A stretch of DNA of 50,154 bases from Nitrososphaerales archaeon. GTDB lineage: Archaea > Thermoproteota > Nitrososphaeria > Nitrososphaerales > UBA213. The notes beneath the pieces were generated by a model. The model was not told the origin of the DNA. It was given only the letters and a program-made list of their open reading frames with translations, and made no database searches. Shown one piece after another: positions 8,701 through 18,285 of the stretch (the stretch's first letter is position 1; each line of letters opens with the position of its first letter). Location: assembly GCA_965197925.1 (NCBI GenBank), contig CBDAOC010000002.1:1-50154 (forward strand), read 5' to 3'. A program made the position numbers and the translations under genes.

Positions 8701-10097
8701 CAACTGTTAGAGTTTCAAGTGTGTTTGCAGACTGTATGATATTTGAATTAGGTATGACATCTACTGTGAAGGACGGAACTAGAAGAACAATAGGAGGAGC
8801 TAACTTTGACAAGAAAGAAGTTGAAGTAAGACAAATTTACACATCATATCCAGATAACTATGAGTCAATAGTAGTATTTAAAGAGAACTTAGCTCTTCTT
8901 CAAGATGATAAAGTTTTCTTTCTTTATGGAAATGAAAACAAAGCAAACCATCCAATAAGAGTTCTTAATGGAACCCCTGGAGAAGATGTAAAAGAACTTA
9001 TAATAAAAGCTAATTACGTACCAGGACTTTTTTCTTTAGGTTATCCCACTGTTATTTCTGACTATTTAAAGAGTGCTCAAAGTGAAATTAAAGACACAAT
9101 TTTCGATGCACCACAAACTAAATCACTTGAGTCCTACTTAAATAGGGAAGGACTTCAAAGTGTTGTAGACTATACAAAAACAGTAGTTGACCCTAAAGGT
9201 AGAATAGTAAAACTTAGATCAGGCTCTTCTGTATTTAGTGGAGATGGTATATTTGCTAGTTCTGATTTCGGTCTCTTTTCAATATCAAGTGAGCCAGGAC
9301 GTACGCCATCTTTAATAAATGCACAAAGATTTGCTCATGAATTGCTTGTATTTAATAATAAGTTAGTGTTCGTAACCCCAGACAATCTTCTTGCTATTCA
9401 AGTTCAAAGTAATGAGAGACTGGGACTTAGAACTTTATTTTCTGGAAAGGATCAAATTCATTTACTGCGAGATGTGAAAGATATTGTTTTTGATTCCGTT
9501 CGTCAACTTTACTTGATGAATAACGAAGAAGGTGATATAATATGCGCTACTGACTTTGATACACAAGTTGGTGGATTTGGTACATGGAAAGCAGAGGATG
9601 GTAAACTTAAAGTGTTGAAATTATTAAATACAGGAGATACTATTAAAGCTGTCTGTAGATATAGAAGACCAAATGAATCAGGTATAGATGAAGATGTTTT
9701 AAGTATTGTGGAGTTTGATGAAGATAGAGCTTACGATGGAACTGAAACAAATTCGTTAACTTATGTAAGTAAAGGTGTAAGTAATGCGTTAATTAACCCC
9801 GCCACTAACTCAGACAACGGTTTATTTCCAGGACACATTATTATGGTTGAAATGCAATTTGTAGACTGCGATCAAATAAAAGTTCAATTTCTTGCAGACA
9901 ACCACACACCTTCTGAAAGAGAGTACATATTAAAAGATTCGCAAGGTAGAGTTGTTCAAGACATACCTAGTCCAGTACAAGCATACAGTGCACCTAAAGG
10001 ATACAATCCCCGCATTGCTTTTATACAAGACGGGGCACTCGACAATAGAGGTTTCATATATGGATTTAAAATGAGAGGATCAATCGATGGCCTTTAG
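5784..10097 (+). CDS. Tail tubular protein B / nozzle (T7 gp12 / P22 gp10-like) with large insertions
   Basis: N-terminal QNNFLIGE and NYRVLKGGKAKRRPGMKVV signature, beta-rich, 1437 aa. Confidence 0.8.
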   Translation: MPSPNQTTFIQNNFLIGERRSNESLNNETASSLEELTNYRVLKGGKAKRRPGMKVVSEFPDLDQDIKRFFSLGAGYVILFENNRLVYILGSNRYDLEIRPYHSQRYEIQVGSLAPPESVAYSIGSFALHNVVSSITEEEHSQVRDIFEFGDKIALLPQRGLPFLIYIEDNEVIVEPYFFEVENLDSYESLVRAIPFNNEKHKFKDVLYRNTDIPTGRDDKVRLIIGHDSDLDLGRCKAWLGATKDYETSTEKIDVDKMSLSDLIGVPIIFNVFPDDPVPIPLDFKYTIDETENKIQVVREKNWDEEAAYPEGLLRNLNTETRISTFSFDPTLDSTGAVRGTKATLIREMLYGRRYMIIPFRKNLGSNSSGDLVDYSTTYPTATSTVDAKTSINVEFDIIDDGTEVITDGTISEIEVGNYILSDEEVATDDFDGLFLEAVFDYPFSGGGDSARFDDSRAGVIYYWSREDFNAIGDWEAEESNNGLLPAQDSDHYTLHWGVHDLKQHTDIAYISVRARRGGQNNNVADIRFTLGSNFKVRVDTDQDRVSYSYRINIFGNSDSQPILINSLGTTLNTTRTVFTDTETGAKYIYPFTANITDAVFSSDLNISDSDADDFIRDLLHEADPIKVRIDNISINGAPLTELNILRNALEEPLQIGGKRLETNLGYENPTVSNSIKPIVPEGKFDNVNLNTLSWSSVIEEEEWRDRFIGAYFEVPRNDAGELQNNQAKLVIVSNPVFNELDQIASIELFGESVLSTLTFSDPMNGDTPNGREDLTRVFSLNDPTNPDNLNPFTLFMNSLVSAQEGRGSFKLRFKDSSNNPIQIDIIDYNIGETKAIGYNRDNNVNYLSVNTTADKTKRTLTAGGLIEGSVNVPEVVALGNKKVEVDTGIKYSFFILIKKGSSLASETTLTLGVGTESIVLTKVANSTLSEVEEFMSATPTETEFSRASGVTYPITITKGSDSALFQFVSAQTTVRVSSVFADCMIFELGMTSTVKDGTRRTIGGANFDKKEVEVRQIYTSYPDNYESIVVFKENLALLQDDKVFFLYGNENKANHPIRVLNGTPGEDVKELIIKANYVPGLFSLGYPTVISDYLKSAQSEIKDTIFDAPQTKSLESYLNREGLQSVVDYTKTVVDPKGRIVKLRSGSSVFSGDGIFASSDFGLFSISSEPGRTPSLINAQRFAHELLVFNNKLVFVTPDNLLAIQVQSNERLGLRTLFSGKDQIHLLRDVKDIVFDSVRQLYLMNNEEGDIICATDFDTQVGGFGTWKAEDGKLKVLKLLNTGDTIKAVCRYRRPNESGIDEDVLSIVEFDEDRAYDGTETNSLTYVSKGVSNALINPATNSDNGLFPGHIIMVEMQFVDCDQIKVQFLADNHTPSEREYILKDSQGRVVQDIPSPVQAYSAPKGYNPRIAFIQDGALDNRGFIYGFKMRGSIDGL

Positions 10098-11550
10098 TAA
10101 TAGATCAAGAAGTTTTTTACAGGGACTTAAGCTAAGTCCTGAATATCTTAAGTCTAAAAAAGAGTATGTTCAATCTCTTGGTGATTTAATAGGTGAGAAG
10201 TTTGATGACTTATCAATTGAAAGAACTGAGCAGTATTTTGATGATAGAGAAAATACAGGTTGGAATAGACTACTTGGTTGGGCTGAGATTGTAGGTGGTA
10301 TTGCAGCCGCCCCTTTTACTGGAGGAGCGAGTCTTGCAGTAACGGCTGACGGTGCAAGGCGTGTAATAAGCTCAATAGGTGATTCTAGTCAAAGAGAAAA
10401 AAATCGAGATTTTCTTTCAGGAGAAGAGAAAAAGCAGTTGAGTTCTTATGAAAAGCAACTTGCTGCATTTAAGTCTTCTCAAAATATAGGCACTTCTAAA
10501 TATCAAGAAGCTCTTTTTAATATCGGACAAGATGTAAAACTCTTAGAAGTGCGTCTTGATAAAGAAGCTCAAAGACTTACAGGTGCTAGATCGTCTGCTT
10601 TAAGTAGTTTAAGAGATAGAGAACTTGCGGCTGAAAGAAATCTTGGTCTTGTAAAGAGTAGATTTCGAGGATTTCAAGTTCAAAACAACATTGCAATAAG
10701 AAAAATAAACGATGAGTTTACCACTTACTTTAAGCAATTTGTAGATCAAAAAGCGATCTTCTCTGGATATAGAGAAGCTGCTATTGATGGTGCTGAAGCG
10801 TCTGACTTCTTTACTGGGTTAGACGTTAGAATTGCTGGAGCTAAGACTCTAGCTGGAAGAGATGCATTTGCTGGGGCTGAATCAGGAGAGACTCAATCTA
10901 ATAGACTTCTTAACGATGCGAGTAAAACCCTGTCTGCGTTTAACCTTGCACAAGATAAAGCATTTCAACAAACTTATAGAAACAACCAAGCTCTTGTTAA
11001 TCAATTACTTAACATTAGAGGACGTGAAAAACAAGCTGAAAGCACACTCGACCTTCGTGCGATAGGATTAAGAGCAGGAACTCAAACATTAGAATCCAAG
11101 CTTTTAAGTCAAATTAAAGAAACTGAGATTCAACAAAATTACTTTAATGAACTTCTTTCTAACATAGACGAAAGAGCAAGTTTAGTGAATACTCAATATA
11201 CTCAAGGTTTATCTATACTAGAAAGATCATACACCTTAGCTCTTGATGCTGCTGAACAAAGTGTAGAGTCTATACACGAACGAGCCTATGAGAACTTATC
11301 AATTTCTTTTAATAACTTAGGTTCACGAATTGACTCTAACATTAGAGGGTATCAGCCTTCTACGTCTGGTCAAAGCTTGTATAGTAGCTTTGGAGATATA
11401 TTAAGTAAGAGTGCACAAATTGGATTAAGCTCATTAGATTTAGATGGTTTAGGTGGAGAAGAAACTCCGACAATAAAAAACACAAGCTTTGACTCGTATA
11501 ACAAAGCTTTCCCTGACACTCAATACTCAATTTACGAAACGCGTGCATAG
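10087..11550 (+). CDS. Probable ejection / internal virion protein
   Basis: Gly/Ala hydrophobic segment IVGGIAAAPFTGGASLAV followed by a long helical Q/R/A-rich region; position after nozzle. Confidence 0.6.
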   Translation: MAFSNRSRSFLQGLKLSPEYLKSKKEYVQSLGDLIGEKFDDLSIERTEQYFDDRENTGWNRLLGWAEIVGGIAAAPFTGGASLAVTADGARRVISSIGDSSQREKNRDFLSGEEKKQLSSYEKQLAAFKSSQNIGTSKYQEALFNIGQDVKLLEVRLDKEAQRLTGARSSALSSLRDRELAAERNLGLVKSRFRGFQVQNNIAIRKINDEFTTYFKQFVDQKAIFSGYREAAIDGAEASDFFTGLDVRIAGAKTLAGRDAFAGAESGETQSNRLLNDASKTLSAFNLAQDKAFQQTYRNNQALVNQLLNIRGREKQAESTLDLRAIGLRAGTQTLESKLLSQIKETEIQQNYFNELLSNIDERASLVNTQYTQGLSILERSYTLALDAAEQSVESIHERAYENLSISFNNLGSRIDSNIRGYQPSTSGQSLYSSFGDILSKSAQIGLSSLDLDGLGGEETPTIKNTSFDSYNKAFPDTQYSIYETRA

Positions 11551-11558
11551 GAGAAAAG

Positions 11559-13910
11559 ATGCCGAGAAATATAACTTTTAGTGATGGTGAAACTCTACAA
11601 GGATTTGGACGCGGTCGTCCTGATCCAAATGAGTTTTCATCTACTGTAAATGACATCCTAGATAACCCTGGATATGTTTCTACTGAACAAGGAGAAAAAA
11701 TTCAAAAAGTCATATCTTCTTACAATCAAAAAGCTCATGAGATAAATAGACTTCGTTCTTCTGTATTTGAAGTGAATAGAAACAAACGACTACATAAATT
11801 AACTCAAGAAGCAAAACAAGACATTAAATATCTAGGTGTTTTAAATGATTATGAATCAACTTTCAATTATTGGTCAAAAGACTTAAATAGTTTTTTAAAG
11901 AGTGAGTTTGGTGGAAGAGTACCTCCCGACATACAGTCTTATGTATTAAATGTAAAGAGTCAAATAGAAGATAAACAAATACGTATACTTTGGAATGAAA
12001 ATCAAAAAGGTGCCTTTGATGTTTTATCTGATATGTCTTCTACTTTTCGTCAAAATTTATTCGATGGGGATGCTAGCTCTGCTGCTAGAAATTATCAACA
12101 ACTTGTAGGAACTCTTAATTCTTTTGAAGAGACTGGTGTATTTGATAAAGAATTAATTAAGAACTTAAGACAAGGTTACGAAAGAACTTACAACGACATA
12201 GCTGCTGGTGCTATTATGGATCGTGCAGATAGGATTGAAGTAACACATGGATTTTCTCACAAGAAAGCGTACTTAGATAAAACATCAAACTTTGTAGATA
12301 CAAATAAAGCTAGCCCTAAAGTGAGTAAGATATATGATCAGTATAAGAAATCTGTAGATGATGGAGAGATTGATTTCGCAAAGAAAGCTAGAAATGTTGA
12401 CCAGTTAAAAGACACATACATTCGCGTAGGTCAAGGAAATCCCTTAGCAATTAAAGCTGAAGCTAATTCTTTTATTAAAGCTGCTGAAGGAAAACTTAAA
12501 GAGTTTAGTCCCGCATCTCCTCAATATGCAGGACTCAAGTCTACTATAAATGAAATGAAAGCATACACTAAGATCATTTCAGCTTTTCAAGACATATCTC
12601 AAAAAGGAAACATAAGTTCATTCATTGATATGGTAAAGCCTCTTGGAGCAAAGCAAGCAAGAGAGATGTTTGATAAGTTAAATATAACAGACCCAGAAGA
12701 ACAAGACTTATTTGTAAGACAACATGGTGCTATGACCGCTCGCTATAACTACGATAAAGACCCTATAGGTGCTATTAATAAAATAGTAAATGAATTTAGA
12801 GACGCAAGCTCTGATTCTGAACTTGTAAAAAGGCAAGACCCAGTTAGTAAGTATCAAGAAGAGTTTAGAAATGTAGCCTTCGTAACAGGTAAAGGAAATA
12901 TAAGCGAAGAGTCAAAAACTGAGATTGCGAAAATCTTAAATGCTGTCCCTACAACTCCAGAAGATCAAGCTCTTCAAGATGACGTACAAGCATGGCTTTC
13001 TTCTAATAATGTGAGTATGGCTCAGATGATGAAAGATTCACAACATCCAACTGTAGGTTCTCAAGGTTTAAAGTTTGTCACTGATCATGCAGGAGCGTTT
13101 ACTTATTTAAAGCCTGACACAGAGTCATGGACTCAAATAAAGCAAAACTTTAAAAGTCCTAATTTTAAAACTGGAGTGGACAATGTTAGAAAGTATTATA
13201 CAGATAATTTTTTTGAAGAGATGAAAGAGCTTGCAAACACTACTGGCACTACTATAGAAAACATTGCAAATACAATGAGTTTAAACGTTGTGCAAGGATT
13301 AACTAAAGGTTCTAGGGGAGGTCCTTTGGGACCAAGGGGAGTTCAAGCAGTTTCTGACGGTATATTTGGTGACGATGAAGATGCATTAAATGATTTATTT
13401 CAAGACATGAGACAAGGAGTGTTAGACGGGTATTCTACTAGAAGTGAAGGAGCAACTTCCTTTTTAAACACAGGAGTGTTTGCTGATTACTTAAAAAAAG
13501 AAAAACCATCAGCACAACTTTTTTCAGAACTCTTAACTGGTAAAAGTGAAAGAGCAAACATAGCTTTAGGTCAAAGTCCTCTTTCTGGTACTGCTATCAT
13601 AGGACCTCAACCTAAAATTGCTAAAGCAGATAAAGTTAAGTTCTATAAGGGTCTATCTGATTTGACAGGACTTAATACTGAAGACTTCACTAATAGAGTT
13701 GCCATAAAGCAATCTCAAACAGATCAAAATTATTATCTATTTCTTAGCACTCCGCATGGAGGTCAAGTAGCTTTAGAATATAAGGCATCATTTCCATTTA
13801 AAGGAAGAATTAAAATAAGTGAAGATGAGATGCGTGAGTTTTTAAATTTAGACTTAAATGAAAAAAATATAGTACCTAAGCTATTTGAACACATCTTAAG
13901 GACTCCGTAA
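11559..13910 (+). CDS. Probable ejection / internal virion protein
   Basis: 783 aa, helical composition, Cys-free, in the T7 gp14-16-equivalent position. Confidence 0.55.
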   Translation: MPRNITFSDGETLQGFGRGRPDPNEFSSTVNDILDNPGYVSTEQGEKIQKVISSYNQKAHEINRLRSSVFEVNRNKRLHKLTQEAKQDIKYLGVLNDYESTFNYWSKDLNSFLKSEFGGRVPPDIQSYVLNVKSQIEDKQIRILWNENQKGAFDVLSDMSSTFRQNLFDGDASSAARNYQQLVGTLNSFEETGVFDKELIKNLRQGYERTYNDIAAGAIMDRADRIEVTHGFSHKKAYLDKTSNFVDTNKASPKVSKIYDQYKKSVDDGEIDFAKKARNVDQLKDTYIRVGQGNPLAIKAEANSFIKAAEGKLKEFSPASPQYAGLKSTINEMKAYTKIISAFQDISQKGNISSFIDMVKPLGAKQAREMFDKLNITDPEEQDLFVRQHGAMTARYNYDKDPIGAINKIVNEFRDASSDSELVKRQDPVSKYQEEFRNVAFVTGKGNISEESKTEIAKILNAVPTTPEDQALQDDVQAWLSSNNVSMAQMMKDSQHPTVGSQGLKFVTDHAGAFTYLKPDTESWTQIKQNFKSPNFKTGVDNVRKYYTDNFFEEMKELANTTGTTIENIANTMSLNVVQGLTKGSRGGPLGPRGVQAVSDGIFGDDEDALNDLFQDMRQGVLDGYSTRSEGATSFLNTGVFADYLKKEKPSAQLFSELLTGKSERANIALGQSPLSGTAIIGPQPKIAKADKVKFYKGLSDLTGLNTEDFTNRVAIKQSQTDQNYYLFLSTPHGGQVALEYKASFPFKGRIKISEDEMREFLNLDLNEKNIVPKLFEHILRTP

Positions 13911-15625
13911 TGTTTCTACCTAACCCAAATGAAATAACTCCACTTAGAGAGAAGTATAGGCAATCATACGGATTTATGTATGGTGAAGATGAGAGAAGTG
14001 TGTTTAAAATGGCATTTGATTTTTCAAGAAATGCTACTTTAACTACAGCCGCAGGTAGGCAAATACAAAAGTTTTTAAATGTTCAAGACGACGTAAATCA
14101 AAACATCCTCACACCTAAGCAAGCATTAGATGAATACAATGTCAAGATGGATGAAGACAAGACTGAAGACAATGTACGTTACTTAGCACAAATTCAAAAC
14201 ATGGCTAATTACATAGGAAAACAAGTTTCCTTTAAAAGAAACCGTCAAGGTTCATTTAAATTTTGGAGAGGTTATATGGGAGGGATACTTGCTGGCGCAG
14301 CACTTGATCCAGTTCTTTTAGTGTCTGGTGGACTCACAGGTTCTGTAGTTGGTGGTGCTGCAAAGCTAAGTCGTGGTGCGTTTGTGGCTAGAACTTTATT
14401 TAATTCTAATAAAGCTATAAAATATGCTTCACGCGCAATCGCATTTGGTGGACCTGAAGCTGGATTAAATGTTCTTCAAGGATATAATTTTACAAAACAA
14501 ATAAACCAAGACTATAATCACTCCGACGCATTAGTAGATGGATTTTTAGGTCTTGCTATGGGTACGGCTATATCAGGTCTATTACTTAAAGGTGTCGATA
14601 TATCGTCTTCACCCGCACCTAAGCTACCCTCGGAAGGTGCTAAGGTAGTAACAAACCCTGATATATCTGGACCTACACCTAAAGGACCTAAGACTGTTCC
14701 AGATGAACAGATATATGATGCATATTATAATCGTGAAGGGAGTGAGCTTCCAAATGGAGATATTAAGAGTCCTGAGATAGAAGCTTTCTTAGATGAGGTA
14801 CTTCAATACTCTTCACATAATAGTGAAGTTGCAAGTGCTCTTATAAATCAAGCTGAAGGTGAAGTGAGAGAGCTTATGCGTAATTCTACAGTACACGGTT
14901 GGCCTAAAGATAAAATAAACCAAGAGATAGCAAAGATCATAGACAATATGGAAGGATTTATTAAGTCTGATAAAGCAGACCTTGCACAAACAACTTTTGA
15001 AGAAGAGTTAAGACTTCAGTCTACATTCAACCCAGATGCAGATTTTTCTAGTCAAGAAGCGTTTGATACTTTAGTTGATTCAACGATTGTAACGGATCAA
15101 GCAGATGAGTTTGCATCATTAAGGAATGATCCCAACATCCAAATAGAAGAGAATGTCACAGAGTCTTTTACTTCTCTTAAAGAAAGAGTCTTTTTTAAGT
15201 CGGAGCTTTTAGAGGAACCTCGAGTAAGAAAAGGGATAGAGGATTTAGATGATGTATCCAGACCACTTACCTCTTTATTTAATTCAAGCAGTTTGAATAA
15301 AGAAGAGGTAGTGTCGAAGTTAGAAAACGCCTTAGAAAGTTATTCAGAAGCTTTTGGTAATACTCGTAATTTGGAGGATTCTGTATTATTTAAGTTTCAA
15401 GATAAAGTAAAAAAATTAATAAAAAAAGCAAAGCAAGGCAAAGACCTTTCTAAAATTAAAAGTGAAGCAAAAAAGCTAGAAAAATTAATTGAAGAAGGAG
15501 CGGAAGAAATAAAAGGTGAATTATTAGCACAACATGGTGATTTAATAAATGATACTCCTGACACTCCGTATAGTTCTGTTATTACGAAAGCCACAGTAGA
15601 CAATCCTTTAGGAGTTAAGAAATAA
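13910..15625 (+). CDS. Probable ejection / internal virion protein
   Basis: GGILAGAALDPVLLVSGG and further Gly-rich hydrophobic helices; TAATG coupling on both sides. Confidence 0.6.
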   Translation: MFLPNPNEITPLREKYRQSYGFMYGEDERSVFKMAFDFSRNATLTTAAGRQIQKFLNVQDDVNQNILTPKQALDEYNVKMDEDKTEDNVRYLAQIQNMANYIGKQVSFKRNRQGSFKFWRGYMGGILAGAALDPVLLVSGGLTGSVVGGAAKLSRGAFVARTLFNSNKAIKYASRAIAFGGPEAGLNVLQGYNFTKQINQDYNHSDALVDGFLGLAMGTAISGLLLKGVDISSSPAPKLPSEGAKVVTNPDISGPTPKGPKTVPDEQIYDAYYNREGSELPNGDIKSPEIEAFLDEVLQYSSHNSEVASALINQAEGEVRELMRNSTVHGWPKDKINQEIAKIIDNMEGFIKSDKADLAQTTFEEELRLQSTFNPDADFSSQEAFDTLVDSTIVTDQADEFASLRNDPNIQIEENVTESFTSLKERVFFKSELLEEPRVRKGIEDLDDVSRPLTSLFNSSSLNKEEVVSKLENALESYSEAFGNTRNLEDSVLFKFQDKVKKLIKKAKQGKDLSKIKSEAKKLEKLIEEGAEEIKGELLAQHGDLINDTPDTPYSSVITKATVDNPLGVKK

Positions 15626-18285
15626 TGCCACTCCCAATTTCAAGACTTTTAAGACCACCTAAGATTCCTAAAGCAGTCACACTTCCTAATATACAAAAGG
15701 CCATAAAGCCGTTAGGAAGTAAGCTTGACACTCCAGGATTCGTAGAAGGTTCTAACTTTAGTGCAGGGTTAAAACTTCTCCAAGAGAAAAGCCCTCACTC
15801 TGTCGATCAACTTCAGTATATAGACAAGACTATGACTCAGTTAAGTCCTAGTCAGCTTAAAGGCATACGTCCTATTACAAATAGACTTTTAACACTTAAA
15901 CCAGATGACGTAAGTGCTGTGTATAAACACTTTGATACTGAGATAAAAGTAAGAAAACTTACAGATGTCTTTAGTAAAAATACAGATAAAACACTCAAAG
16001 GAAATGTACTTAATTCAGTTAAGGCGAAGTTTAGAGGAGTAGATCAAACTTTTAAGAATATGAGTCTACGCCATGAGAACAGACTTCAAAGAACACTATC
16101 TAAAAAGAGTCCAGAACACTTAGTTAGTTTTAGTATGCTCATGAAAAACCCCACTAGATTTAGAGAGATATATGGGCTTACACAAGATGAATTTGCAGCC
16201 CAACTAATAGCTCCTAAAGCTACGGGCAATAAGGTTGTAGATGATTTAGTTGAAACTTATAGAGGATGGGACAAAGAAGTTCTTCAGGAAATACAAGCTA
16301 GTGGAATCCCTATAGGAAGTATTGATGGATATGCCGCACCTTTAAGTATGCCTATAGATGCTATTTATGATATAGGAGAAGTTTCCTTTAGAGAAGCCTT
16401 TATGAGTCACGTGTCAAATGTCAATATGAATAAAGGACTAGAAAGAATCATTCAAATAATGAAAGAAAAAAGCACAGACTTTACACAAAAGTCAACTATT
16501 AATTTTCCTACAAGAAAGCTTAAGTTTAAATCTCCATTAGATGAGATTCAATTCTATAAAAAGATGAATGGAATAAGAGAAGGAGATGGGTACTCACTTG
16601 TAAATGATATGCTAGTACACAAGAAAGGGATTGTAAGAAAAGCTGCTATAGTGTCTGAATTTGGAGTTGATCCAAAACAAACATTTAAGAAAGTTTTAAA
16701 TGAGCTTAAAGCTAAAAATAAAAAAGGACTTAGTCATAAACAGTTAGACGACTACCGTAAATTAGAAACAAACTTCGATCGTTTAGTTGATAGTTATAAC
16801 GGAGCTAAGAAGGTGGATAATATATTTGCAGAAAGACTAGGAGAAACTGTTTCTGCCGCAACTACATTTTTTACTTCAGCTTCAGGCTCTTCTTATCTTA
16901 GAAACTTATTTGACTTCTCACTTAATAAAGCTGCTGTAAAACAAGCTGTGTATAATCCTGCGTACAGTCTTGGTGGAGCGATCTATGAGCAAGTTGAAAA
17001 TGTCGGTAACTTAGTTGCACATGCTTTAGGAGGTAGAGCTTCAAGAGAAGGTACTGATAAGGTACTCGACATCATGGGTTTTGGATCACAGCTTGATACT
17101 TTAAGTCACTTTAATTTACTCTCGTATGAAAATATGTATGATGTTACGTCTCCTTTAAGTAAACTTGATGGAGCACACTCACACATGAATAATGCTTTGC
17201 ACCAAGTAAACAATACACTATTAACAGTCTCAGGACAAAACTCTTTCACAGATTTTAGACGTGCGAGACATATTATGACAGCCCAACAACATTGGACTAA
17301 TATGTTAGATAACGTAAAAGGATTTGATGATTGGTTTTCAAGCTTCAGTCCTATAGAACAAAAACAAATTCAGTACATGGAACAGGCTTTTGGAATAGGT
17401 AAGAAAGAATTTGAAGCTTTAAAGGTAGTAGGAAGACAGAAGATTAAAGGAAACGTATTTGGAAAAAACATCCCAGAGTTCATAACCTCTGAGTCTATCG
17501 TAAATTCTAAAGTGGGAGATAAGTTCTTTCGTCGTGAGTTAGCTCTTAAGTGGCAAAGCATGATGTATAATTCAACACTTAACGCAACTCCAGTTCCAAC
17601 TCTTGCAGATTCAGTAACAGCAAAAACAGGTTTAAATAATGCTAGTAGTTGGATGCGTTTTGTAATAAGACCTTTCATGAAGTTTGCAGATGTGACAGAT
17701 GCTCAGTTCGCAGGAGTCGTGGATCGTGTAGCCTTAGCGAGCTATGGAGATAGAAGCCAAACTTTAGGGTTTGATAAGTCTATGGTTAATTATACACAAG
17801 CTGGAGTTACATATCTTGGTGGTTTTATGGGTCTTATATGGCTTAAAGACATGCTCTACAATCGTGAACCTACAGACTTCACTAAGACAAATAACTTACT
17901 TGGTGCATTCGTGCAGTCAGGCTTTGGTGGGTATCCTATGAGTGTCCTTAATCAAGCCTTATCTCTTTACGGGACAAGTGGAGGCGGTATGTATGGACCA
18001 GCCCCTGTAGGTGGAGTTTTAAGAGGAGGTAAGACTCTTATTAGGGGAATAGCTTCAGATGACCCTGTGAAGTTCTACAAGGCCATGAAACAAGTTTCCA
18101 GACTATCAGGACCAGGTGTTCTTTGGTACACGCGTGGGATAGCTGATAAAGCTTTGCAAGAAGCTTTACTTACACCATCACAACGTAAGAAAGTGAGAAC
18201 TGGCTTTGATGCAGGACCTACAGTCGGTGAATCAATACAAAGTCTCCTAAATCCAGGACAGAAGAAAAGGAAACGTAGAAGATGA
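15625..18285 (+). CDS. Large ejection / internal virion protein
   Basis: 886 aa, Gly-rich hydrophobic C-terminal region (GAFVQSGFGGYP...GPAPVGG) like podovirus DNA-delivery proteins. Confidence 0.6.
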   Translation: MPLPISRLLRPPKIPKAVTLPNIQKAIKPLGSKLDTPGFVEGSNFSAGLKLLQEKSPHSVDQLQYIDKTMTQLSPSQLKGIRPITNRLLTLKPDDVSAVYKHFDTEIKVRKLTDVFSKNTDKTLKGNVLNSVKAKFRGVDQTFKNMSLRHENRLQRTLSKKSPEHLVSFSMLMKNPTRFREIYGLTQDEFAAQLIAPKATGNKVVDDLVETYRGWDKEVLQEIQASGIPIGSIDGYAAPLSMPIDAIYDIGEVSFREAFMSHVSNVNMNKGLERIIQIMKEKSTDFTQKSTINFPTRKLKFKSPLDEIQFYKKMNGIREGDGYSLVNDMLVHKKGIVRKAAIVSEFGVDPKQTFKKVLNELKAKNKKGLSHKQLDDYRKLETNFDRLVDSYNGAKKVDNIFAERLGETVSAATTFFTSASGSSYLRNLFDFSLNKAAVKQAVYNPAYSLGGAIYEQVENVGNLVAHALGGRASREGTDKVLDIMGFGSQLDTLSHFNLLSYENMYDVTSPLSKLDGAHSHMNNALHQVNNTLLTVSGQNSFTDFRRARHIMTAQQHWTNMLDNVKGFDDWFSSFSPIEQKQIQYMEQAFGIGKKEFEALKVVGRQKIKGNVFGKNIPEFITSESIVNSKVGDKFFRRELALKWQSMMYNSTLNATPVPTLADSVTAKTGLNNASSWMRFVIRPFMKFADVTDAQFAGVVDRVALASYGDRSQTLGFDKSMVNYTQAGVTYLGGFMGLIWLKDMLYNREPTDFTKTNNLLGAFVQSGFGGYPMSVLNQALSLYGTSGGGMYGPAPVGGVLRGGKTLIRGIASDDPVKFYKAMKQVSRLSGPGVLWYTRGIADKALQEALLTPSQRKKVRTGFDAGPTVGESIQSLLNPGQKKRKRRR

